A program made the translations under genes and the position numbers. The notes beneath the pieces are model-generated. The model made no database searches. It saw nothing but the letters and a program-made list of their open reading frames with translations, and was not told the origin of the DNA. This document shows positions 9,523 to 18,011 of a stretch of 64,000 nucleotides of DNA, piece by piece. Location of the stretch: NCBI GenBank assembly GCA_030867685.1, contig JAQOWU010000001.1:372001-436000 (forward strand), written 5' to 3'. The stretch is from Wickerhamiella versatilis (Eukaryota). Position 1 is the first letter of the stretch. Each line of letters opens with the position of its first letter.

Positions 9523-11991
9523 ATGCTCGAAGAAAGCCATCAGGGACCGGTTACTGCACTGGCGGCTTGGAATGGTTTTCTATGGGCAGGAACTGGTGGG
9601 TTCTTAAGAAAATACTGCCTGAAAAGTAGGAAGTTCTTGGACGAAAGGAGGATATTCACTATTAACCGCATTAAGGGAATCATTGTTGATGAGCATGGTA
9701 TAGTATGCTGGGGTGGACGCAACTATTCGTGTAGTCCAGATTCTACTGAATTTGATGCCGAAGATTGGGTCATTAGCGGCCTAGCGACGAGTTCAAATCT
9801 CTTCCTTTTAACGGCTCATAACGCCGTGCTAACTGTGGATCGATGCTCAGGAAAAATTTTGGAAACCCGCAGATGTAAGGCCGAGCGCTCGATTCTTTAT
9901 TCAGGGGCATTGTACCTGAGTGACGAGGGTAAATTGTTGGCTGCTGCAGGCACAGTACTTGGTGGTGTTCTAATTTGGGATGTTGCGCATGAAAAGGTAA
10001 TATGGCGTTTGAGAGACCATGAAGGATCTATATTTGGTGTAGCGTTCAATTCAACTGGCACAAGACTGGCCAGTTGCTCAGATGATCGGAGCATTTTCGT
10101 TTGGGATCTTGAAACCGGCAAGGCACTTAGTCGCGGTTGGGGCCATGTTGCGAGAATATGGCAACTAGAATGGGCGTCCCCTACTAAGCTAATATCTGTA
10201 TCAGAAGACTGTAGCGTCAGGGAATGGGATCCCACTACCATGAAGCAACTCAGATCTTCTACGGGACACGAGGGACGTCACGTTTGGTCATTGACAACCA
10301 CAGCCAGTGAGATAATTACAGGCGGGGGAGACTCTCGTATTATTGTCTGGGATGCTGAAGATACAGTTTGCCGGCGTCGGGAATGGGTACCTTTAGAAAT
10401 ATCTGGGCTCGGTAGTTACGTACGAAGTATTGAATTCACTGAGCAGGGCCCTGAAGTATGCCTATCTACCGGTCAGAGCTATGTTTTGTATGATAACGAG
10501 TGGAAGATGTTACCTCCAAGTCATGTGCCAAGCCCTACTCCTTCGCTAAACTCATCAGCACATCTCAAGGGTAATTGGCAGTTTGGCCAAAAGTGTAACT
10601 TCCATAGTCTTTCTATTTCCAAGACCTACATTGCTGTCGTCCGTGACGCTGCTGGAAAAATAATTATGGAAGACGCAGTAAATTCTCCAGTGACCACAGC
10701 TGCTTGCATATCTAATAAATATTTTGTGGGCACACGCTTTGGGCAGGTCATACAGCTTGGTGGTCCTCGAATTAAATTTGGTAAGGACGCTATAACTGAT
10801 ATTACAGAATGGGATCATGAAGTGTTGGTCGTCACAAGTCGTAGTGGGAGATACTGCTACTTGAATTCTAAAATGGAACTTCTCGCAGAATTTAAAACTT
10901 CGTATTCCATTGAGGGGATATATGGCGATATTTGCTTTGGATTTTGGAAAGACAAATTTATTGCGTGGGACCTGGTCAATAACGTGGAACTTTGGAGTGA
11001 AGTCTGTGGTGGAGGTCACCGCACCTGGGCTGCAGATCCACAAAGGCTCATGTATACCCGTGGTGGCCAGATAATCTTCGTTGAAATTGCCCGAAAAAGG
11101 CCCCAAATTCTCAGCCCGAATACGCATGGGCGGGAAATTCGGGCTATGGCTGCAAACCCGGTGCTACCCGACGTTGTTGCCACCGCAGGGGAGGATACTC
11201 TGATAGGACTATGCCGACTCAAAAATAATAGGCTGGTCGCCGACTCATGGCTATGTGATCATAAAAGTGCGCCTCATGCTTTGGCTTGGCACGAGTCAGG
11301 CAATCTCTTGGTTTCAGCAGGAAGTCGTGAAGAGTTGTTCATTTGGGACATCACTATGGATAACCCGATATTCGCACGTTGCATTTTCAGGCTACCTCCA
11401 TCTGGTGATGCCGATTTACGAATCACTGATCTTGCATTTTCGGGTAATCGTTTGGCTGCGAGTTATTCTAATTCCACCGTGAACGTATGGCACCTGACCG
11501 AAGAAAAAAAGCTTTCGCTTGAGAAGACGTTTTCCTACAGCGGATGCTGTTTATTTACTGTCAATTTCATGAGCGATTGGGTGCTCGCAAGCGCATCTGA
11601 TGGATGCGTCTTAGCCTGGAAATTGGATGACGGACATTTAATCAAGCACAGAGCTCACCAATCTGGAATTAGAGCCTGTTCAGTTCAAGGCTCTAGCGTG
11701 TGGACAGGTGGTGATGACAATGCGATATGCGTGATGACCTTCAAGAATGAGATATTTCAACCTATCGGTTTTATTAAAAACGCACATTCGTCCACGGTGA
11801 CGGCAATCTTGCCGCTTAATGATGGTAGTGCAATATCCACAAGTTCGGATCAGAAATTGCGCCGGTGGCTACCGGATGGAAGCTTGATTGACAGCGATAT
11901 TTGCAATGTATGTGATACTGGCCTGCTTGAGCAGGTTTGCAGCAGGTTAGTGGTTGGCGGATGTGGACTATCTTTCTATAGCATAGACTAA
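9523..11991 (+). CDS. RTT10: WD40 protein Rtt10/Trm734 (WDR6 family)
   Basis: HQGPVTAL start, RSILYSG, AAGTVLGGVLIW, HEGSIFGV, SCSDDRSI, GWGHVARIW, CGGGHRTW, HGREIR. First ATG in the ORF is 9523. Confidence 0.88.
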   Translation: MLEESHQGPVTALAAWNGFLWAGTGGFLRKYCLKSRKFLDERRIFTINRIKGIIVDEHGIVCWGGRNYSCSPDSTEFDAEDWVISGLATSSNLFLLTAHNAVLTVDRCSGKILETRRCKAERSILYSGALYLSDEGKLLAAAGTVLGGVLIWDVAHEKVIWRLRDHEGSIFGVAFNSTGTRLASCSDDRSIFVWDLETGKALSRGWGHVARIWQLEWASPTKLISVSEDCSVREWDPTTMKQLRSSTGHEGRHVWSLTTTASEIITGGGDSRIIVWDAEDTVCRRREWVPLEISGLGSYVRSIEFTEQGPEVCLSTGQSYVLYDNEWKMLPPSHVPSPTPSLNSSAHLKGNWQFGQKCNFHSLSISKTYIAVVRDAAGKIIMEDAVNSPVTTAACISNKYFVGTRFGQVIQLGGPRIKFGKDAITDITEWDHEVLVVTSRSGRYCYLNSKMELLAEFKTSYSIEGIYGDICFGFWKDKFIAWDLVNNVELWSEVCGGGHRTWAADPQRLMYTRGGQIIFVEIARKRPQILSPNTHGREIRAMAANPVLPDVVATAGEDTLIGLCRLKNNRLVADSWLCDHKSAPHALAWHESGNLLVSAGSREELFIWDITMDNPIFARCIFRLPPSGDADLRITDLAFSGNRLAASYSNSTVNVWHLTEEKKLSLEKTFSYSGCCLFTVNFMSDWVLASASDGCVLAWKLDDGHLIKHRAHQSGIRACSVQGSSVWTGGDDNAICVMTFKNEIFQPIGFIKNAHSSTVTAILPLNDGSAISTSSDQKLRRWLPDGSLIDSDICNVCDTGLLEQVCSRLVVGGCGLSFYSID

Positions 11992-12065
11992 ATCTTTAAG
12001 ATAGGGGATATGGGGCTTTGTAGTACGCCGTATATATTACCATTATTGAATCTTATGAAGGAAAA

Positions 12066-12137
12066 TCCGTTATAGTCTAGTGGCTAGGACGTCACGCTCT
12101 CACCGTGAAGGCCTGGGTTCAATTCCCAGTAACGGAG
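12066..12137 (+). tRNA. tRNA-Glu (anticodon CTC)
   Basis: 72-nt cloverleaf: acceptor TCCGTTA/TAACGGA, anticodon arm TCACG-CTCTCAC-CGTGA, T-arm CTGGG-TTCAATT-CCCAG, downstream T-run terminator. Confidence 0.96.
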
Positions 12138-12451
12138 TATTATTTTTATCCTTTTTGACTTTTTGCTCATTTTCCTAAAGGAAACATAGGAAAAATCGTT
12201 AGGCAGGCTTTCGCATTCAGACTTTGGCTTTTCATCGTGTTGCTTAAGTTAAGCGAGACCTTATATAACCTACTATTTCATTAAAACTCAGAATACTTTC
12301 GCGCAATACTAAGCAATTCCCCACGATCAAAACTTAAAAGAAATAAAATTACCTTAATAAACTGATAATAAACCTACAAAATAAATATCAATATTTTTTA
12401 ACCACTAGCCAACCGAATGACATATCCTGATGTCAGTATTCTGCGTGGCGT

Positions 12452-13273
12452 TCAAACAGTGTTGACCTCCTTAATGGGCCCCGAACGAAGTGTGCTAAAC
12501 TTATTTTTGACGTGAATTCCACACTCAGTTTTGTCTTTTCCCTTCCATCTGCCAGCACGCTCATCCTCGCCTTCTTTCACTGGCTGGGTGGAGTGCCAGT
12601 CACCAACTGATCTATACCCCTTTTCCAACAGTTTGTTGTATGGAACATTGTGGGCCTTGATATACGATTGCACATCCCCGAATGACCAGTTAGCCAACGG
12701 ATTGATCTTGACAATCTGGTCTTCAGTAACCTCGACAATGGGCATTTCAGACCTTGCAGCACCTTGGCTTCTTCTACGACCTGTGAAAACAGCCTTCACA
12801 CCAAGCTCCTTGTAGGCTCGGTCAGATGGCTCGACTTTCACGAGGTAGTCGTAGAGAAAGTCATTTTCTTCCCATAGTTCTTTGCCATGTGCGTTCTCAA
12901 AGTCCTCAGTTGTTGAGCAACCTTCGGGACGATAAATATGAAGCTTTAGCTGAGGATACTTTTCTTCCACAGCGCGAACTAAGTCATATGTTTCCTTGAA
13001 ATGGTATAGCGTGTCCAAGAAAATGAGCTCAACTGATGCTCCAAGCGAAGCCAAGATATCCGTTGTTATCAATCCACTTAATCCAAATGCTGTGGTCTGA
13101 TAAAGACCCTCAACGTTCTCAACAGCCCATTTGATGATTTCCTGAGGGCTCTTGTCATTAAGCTCCTGATTTATTCTGGCCAGCTGCTGTTCCTTGCTCA
13201 TAATTGGTGCATCATAGGCCCTCGAAGAATACTCTGACACCGGCACAGAGTTCATTATAACACCAGTAGACAT
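12452..13273 (-). CDS. MET16: 3'-phosphoadenylylsulfate (PAPS) reductase
   Basis: LYQTTAFGLSG, FLDTLYHF, YDYLVKVEP, TGRRRSQG, GYRSVGDWHST, KTECGIH. First ATG is 13273; a later Met is possible. Confidence 0.95.
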   Translation of the reverse strand: MSTGVIMNSVPVSEYSSRAYDAPIMSKEQQLARINQELNDKSPQEIIKWAVENVEGLYQTTAFGLSGLITTDILASLGASVELIFLDTLYHFKETYDLVRAVEEKYPQLKLHIYRPEGCSTTEDFENAHGKELWEENDFLYDYLVKVEPSDRAYKELGVKAVFTGRRRSQGAARSEMPIVEVTEDQIVKINPLANWSFGDVQSYIKAHNVPYNKLLEKGYRSVGDWHSTQPVKEGEDERAGRWKGKDKTECGIHVKNKFSTLRSGPIKEVNTV

Positions 13274-13342
13274 GATCCTAATCAACTTTAGCAACTAATG
13301 GGGCCCCCTCTCCATTTGTATAACCTAGCATGAGCACGCAAT

Positions 13343-13355
13343 AGTCACGTGCAAT
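13343..13355. promoter_or_regulatory. Cbf1-type site GTCACGTG in the MET16 promoter
   Basis: AGTCACGTGCAAT ~70 bp upstream of the MET16 ATG; RTCACGTG is the Cbf1 site of yeast MET gene promoters. Confidence 0.7.
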
Positions 13356-14059
13356 GACACTATCAAAGACCGAGGTACCGGAGAGACAAGATCAGCAGTA
13401 TGACGGATAATCTGTACATAATGGTCCATAAGATAAAAACTAAATTCGATTTAGGACAGATATACTATTTTATTAGGAGCGCATATGTCCCGCATTGTAC
13501 CCGCCTGCCGAACCGAAAAACTTTTTGAGACATTATATAACAATAGCCAATTGCTTACGCATGTCCTCGGGTGGTAATATCAACGCAGATATGCCTAATC
13601 CATGATAAACTGCATAATAGATTACATAACCATCGGGAGCTTCCGGGAAGTGTATTTCTATCGGCAGGCAGTGAACCTTTCCAGCCTCCCTCCTCCGTAA
13701 GAAGGTATAAGCACCTGCATGAAAACCTATTTGCTACTTTTACGAAATATCTCCTCTCTAGCAAGTGGTTGGCCACCATGTTGAGAGCTTTTGATCTATA
13801 GTTTTAGAACCACTTACTCTATCCGGCTATCTGCTTCTCTTACATCCCTGAGATGTTTCAATTGCTGTAGCTTCCATGGAGGTGGCCCCACATTTAACAT
13901 AAGCAGTTAAATTCCTGAAATGAGGAACTTTAATGCCCCCCATAAAATTGCTCTACGTCATATTATGTAATGTTGTTCAATGACGTTGGGAGTAAAAAGT
14001 GCTGTATAAGTGGTTAATTTCGTCATTTCACAATATCGACCCTGCCACTAGGCTCATTG

Positions 14060-14392
14060 ATGCCAATGGTTCAAGAAACTCCTGCTGGACTCAATGTGAG
14101 TACTGGGGAGGTTAGTGGTACTCAGCTTACCTGTAATTTCCCTGCGCCGCCCGCCACGCCGCATCATAGAAGAGATTCCCCACTTATCTATATGGAGCTG
14201 GACCCTCAGTCTAATTATGGATTTGACGAAAACTACAACTTGATGAAGAAGTGCATACGTTGTCAGGAAAAGCCCTGGTGGTCTATTACTGAGTTTACAA
14301 AGAGCGACGGAGAACGCGACATGTGCCGGTTTTGCACTTTGGAGTCTGCTCTCATACTCGTCAGGGAAAGCCGGACGCCGAACACGCAATGA
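14060..14392 (+). CDS. Small orphan protein with CxxC...CxxC zinc ribbon
   Basis: 110-codon ORF with KKCIRCQEK...EFTK...MCRFC; TATA-like TGTATAAG ~55 bp upstream. Confidence 0.55.
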   Translation: MPMVQETPAGLNVSTGEVSGTQLTCNFPAPPATPHHRRDSPLIYMELDPQSNYGFDENYNLMKKCIRCQEKPWWSITEFTKSDGERDMCRFCTLESALILVRESRTPNTQ

Positions 14393-14714
14393 AAATTTGT
14401 GATACCAAGACGAGCGCTTCCTTTTTACAGATTACCGAAAAGGTTTGATGCTCGACTAGACATGCCCTTTACGACAGGACTTGTACACTGATGATGTATA
14501 TTCGGTTTGGGGCTCGCCTCAAGACCAAGAATTGGAAATAATGTTATGCCTTTTAAGCTCCATACCGAATAAAACCCATAATGAATTTGAAAGCGTAAAC
14601 CAACGATGACCCCCTACACGGCTTTTTGTATTATAATCACATAGAGGCCAACCGTGCAAACACCAAAAATAAGCACTTATTTATAAATATACATTCTACA
14701 TACTAATTGTGTGT

Positions 14715-15344
14715 TTACTTGTCGTTGCTGGACGTGAACCATTGAGAGCTCCACCATGCAGCGATTGCAGCGCCAATCCCGAAGAGAATTGGCTTGTCCT
14801 TAGCAGGGATCTCACTACCAGAGCCCTCGTGAGCGGTACCTTCGCCGACCTCGTTATTCATTCTACTCACCTCCGCGTCTCCAGAGACCACGTGGATACT
14901 CTTATCGGCCTCCGAACCGGGTGGCACGGAAACCTCTGGTTCAGCGGGCACTGTAACCTCTCTTGCCTTATATGTTGCATCAGGAGGGACCGGGATTGTG
15001 ATTTTGTCCAAGTTCGACTCCTCGGGGCCAGGAGGGGCCTTGGGAAACTTGTAGAAGTCTATGTGAGACTTGTCACCCTTGGCTTCCCGGGGCCGTGAGG
15101 TGCTGAACTGTTTGAAGGTCGCATCGCTAGCGACTAGTCTATCGACCAGTTCAGACTTGCGTCCAGATTGCCGCAGGCCACGTTTCTTACACTCGCCTTT
15201 GAGACTCGCAACTGTTTGCACGGTATACGAACTGGGAGCAGTAGAGAGCAAATGACTCGGCTTAGGTGTCGAGCTCGAGGAATGGAGCTGTCGGATGTTG
15301 GGGAGAGAGCGCATACCACGCAAGGTTCTCTGTGCCGAACTCAT
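14715..15344 (-). CDS. AIM34: Mitochondrial SAP-domain protein, Aim34-like
   Basis: Arg/Ser-rich presequence, SAP motif TVASLKGECKKRGLRQSGRKSELVDRL, C-terminal TM segment ending AAWW. Confidence 0.7.
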   Translation of the reverse strand: MSSAQRTLRGMRSLPNIRQLHSSSSTPKPSHLLSTAPSSYTVQTVASLKGECKKRGLRQSGRKSELVDRLVASDATFKQFSTSRPREAKGDKSHIDFYKFPKAPPGPEESNLDKITIPVPPDATYKAREVTVPAEPEVSVPPGSEADKSIHVVSGDAEVSRMNNEVGEGTAHEGSGSEIPAKDKPILFGIGAAIAAWWSSQWFTSSNDK

Positions 15345-15853
15345 AACAGATATCGAATTGATTGTGTTTGTTGGGAGCTGGTTATGTTGACATTTACCGA
15401 TTTAGGGAACCCTAGCCCACAAGACTGCTCCAGAATGAAAACCTATAGGAACTATGACTAGAAATAAAGTGGGAAATACGGACTGGCGTGCATAATGATG
15501 TATGAAAATTGAGAATCAATAAATATTAACCCACTTTTCTTTTCAAGCTCTTCAACTCGCGAGGAAAAGGGCTATATTTGGATCGACTCTAGTTATGCTT
15601 TGCAGGTAGTGCAAATAATCCCGGATTAAAGATTTGGAGTGAAGAATAGTGTACAGGAATTTTGGGACATTGCTTGGTCGGAATTGTTGTACTCCGCGCA
15701 GGACTAAGCTAGGCTATGACTGAAGTGACATATCTACCGATGTCACAGGTTCTAGAGCTCAGTAGAGCATACTCTAGCTTTAAGCAAAAAATACCCATCA
15801 ATCATCTGGCCTTATGAGAAGCTCTGAAGCCAAATCTCGTTCTGAGATGGGTC

Positions 15854-15879
15854 AGGTCCCATGATAGGTCCCATGATAG
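15854..15879. repeat. 12-bp tandem duplication AGGTCCCATGAT x2 in the SOD1 promoter
   Basis: Direct reading: aggtcccatgat-aggtcccatgat-ag, followed by CACGTGAC (15885-15892) and TATATA (~15912). Confidence 0.85.
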
Positions 15880-15954
15880 CAACCCACGTGACACGGATGA
15901 CAAATGGTCATTATATAGCTCCGCATTAGATGTAAGCTCGCCACAACGTGAATA

Positions 15955-16416
15955 ATGGTGAAGGCTGTTGCTGTCGTACGTGGAGATTCTAAAGTTTCAG
16001 GAACTGTTAAGTTCGACCAGGCTGCCGCTTCGGACCCCGTGACCGTTTCCTACGATATCAAGGGAAATGACCCCAACTCGCTGCGTGGTTTCCACATCCA
16101 CCAGTTTGGTGATAACACCAACGGTTGCACCTCAGCAGGTCCCCACTTCAACCCGTTCAAGAAGACCCATGGTGCACCTGAGGCAGAGGAGCGCCACGTC
16201 GGTGACCTCGGCAACATCAAGGCCAATGACTCTGGTCTCGCGGAGGGCACTTTGAGTGATAAGCAGCTCACCCTGTTTGGTGAGAACTCCATCGTTGGTC
16301 GTACTGTCGTCGTCCACGCTGGCACTGATGACCTTGGTAAATACGAAGGTGAGTCCAAGGTCACCGGTAACGCTGGTGGTCGTAACGCCTGCGGCGTCAT
16401 TGGCATCTCTGCTTAG
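15955..16416 (+). CDS. SOD1: Cu/Zn superoxide dismutase
   Basis: [48 protein letters not shown]; strong codon bias. Confidence 0.98.
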   Translation: MVKAVAVVRGDSKVSGTVKFDQAAASDPVTVSYDIKGNDPNSLRGFHIHQFGDNTNGCTSAGPHFNPFKKTHGAPEAEERHVGDLGNIKANDSGLAEGTLSDKQLTLFGENSIVGRTVVVHAGTDDLGKYEGESKVTGNAGGRNACGVIGISA

Positions 16417-16668
16417 ATCTGCACAATATAGAATTCCTCTAGACATAAGATAGATAGCAAACGTCAACTATCTTCAGCTTTTAAAGAAAAAAGAATATTA
16501 TTTGGTGATTTTGCTGGCTTGCTTATTCGCGTTTTTGTTCCGATTAAGTAGTCGTCGCTATCACGAAACTCGACCATATATGATTGACGCAAGTTATGCT
16601 GAGATTGGATATATAGGATTGTACCAATAGCTTATACTAGTTATGAGTGATAATTTTAATACTGAAAC

Positions 16669-17346
16669 ATGCGCGCAACCTTCTTAGACCAGGAGTATGA
16701 AAATCTTGACCGGGCTGTAGCATGTCCTATTACTCATCAAGTAAACAGTTCGATGCACACCGTAGGGCGCCTTAACCAAAGGCCGCCTCGGTTACCTAGA
16801 GGGTGGGAAGTGGTCAAAGACCCACCATATGGCTCTAGTGCGTCGCAGTGTACGCCTCCCAGGAAGATAGTTGTCGTTCGCCATCGCTTGCAGGCAAAGC
16901 TCCCACCCCCACCCCCACCCGTTGATCTTACCGCGTTATGTTTGGAACCGCCGTCAGACTGTATGAACTGCGTGGTTGTGCCTAAAGTGGGATATACAGA
17001 CCTCGAGAATGTACCAGATCTTCTCCACAGTGGTGTAAGTTCGGAATCCTCGAGTTCAGTTGTAACCAACGTTGATGACGGACTCAGTGCTTGGGGACTC
17101 CCTAAGGTTATCTCCGAGCCTTACGACGTTTTGGAAAATCACTTTGAAGCTGATGATTCCTCATTAACGATGGTGCAAGCAACCCCGGAACAACCGTTAA
17201 AGAAATGGCAGTTGCTGTGCATCAAGGTGGTAGTGCTGGTCTACACCGCCATTTTGATAAAGAAGTTTGGCACTAAGGTACCAAAACGCTATTCGCGCCC
17301 GTCGCCGAAGCTGGACTTCGGAACGTTCCTCCGCATGGTCTGCTAG
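16669..17346 (+). CDS. Hypothetical protein (Pro/Ser-rich, C-terminal hydrophobic segment)
   Basis: 225-codon ATG ORF filling the gap between AT-rich flanks; no family recognised. Confidence 0.55.
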   Translation: MRATFLDQEYENLDRAVACPITHQVNSSMHTVGRLNQRPPRLPRGWEVVKDPPYGSSASQCTPPRKIVVVRHRLQAKLPPPPPPVDLTALCLEPPSDCMNCVVVPKVGYTDLENVPDLLHSGVSSESSSSVVTNVDDGLSAWGLPKVISEPYDVLENHFEADDSSLTMVQATPEQPLKKWQLLCIKVVVLVYTAILIKKFGTKVPKRYSRPSPKLDFGTFLRMVC

Positions 17347-17409
17347 AATATGAACAATACGTTATTTTATAAGTTATATATGCAATTTTGAATATTTTAA
17401 CAAGTTAAG

Positions 17410-17688
17410 CTAAGCATGATGGTGTCTATGTGCGGGAGCCGTGTATTCAGGTGGTGCTGTCACGCGAGAGATGATGGTTAGAAGAGGTAGATCGGTTGAT
17501 AGGAATCTTCTCGTTGTCCCATGCTCGGTTACCGTGATCCATTGAGTTGGGGAGTGCGTACGTGTAATCAATTTAGAGGATGGGCTTGTAGGACGCTCAG
17601 AACTCCAGTCATCTGACTGACGCAGAGTAACTGCCCCGGCCGCAAACGAGGAAGCAAATAATGTTAATATTCGCGTCACTATTACCAT
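17410..17688 (-). CDS. Small putative secreted Ser/Thr-rich protein
   Basis: From ATG 17688: signal-peptide-like MVIVTRILTLFASSFAAGA, S/T-rich body (WITVTEHGTT) and His-rich end HRHHHA. Confidence 0.5.
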   Translation of the reverse strand: MVIVTRILTLFASSFAAGAVTLRQSDDWSSERPTSPSSKLITRTHSPTQWITVTEHGTTRRFLSTDLPLLTIISRVTAPPEYTAPAHRHHHA

Positions 17689-18011
17689 CACTGTCTCTGT
17701 AGAAATGGAGATGAATATTGATGCTCTGTTATACTGCCAGAGCTTAGGCCTGAGACGACATAAAGTTAGCTTCATCTATAAACCGATATGTATCATCGAC
17801 CAATTCAGAGATAGATCGCAGATTCGCGAGAGTATGATACTCAATTAGATGAAGATTTATAGAATGACGAGCATCTTGTTAAAGCATAAAGTGGTGTTAA
17901 CTCCACTTGGAAGATAGCTATGGTTTGTAGGATCATAATTACTATTATTGCAAGTTATATACTATATTTATAGCTTCCAAGGTTGTGCATACCTTTGAGA
18001 TATGCCGTTTA

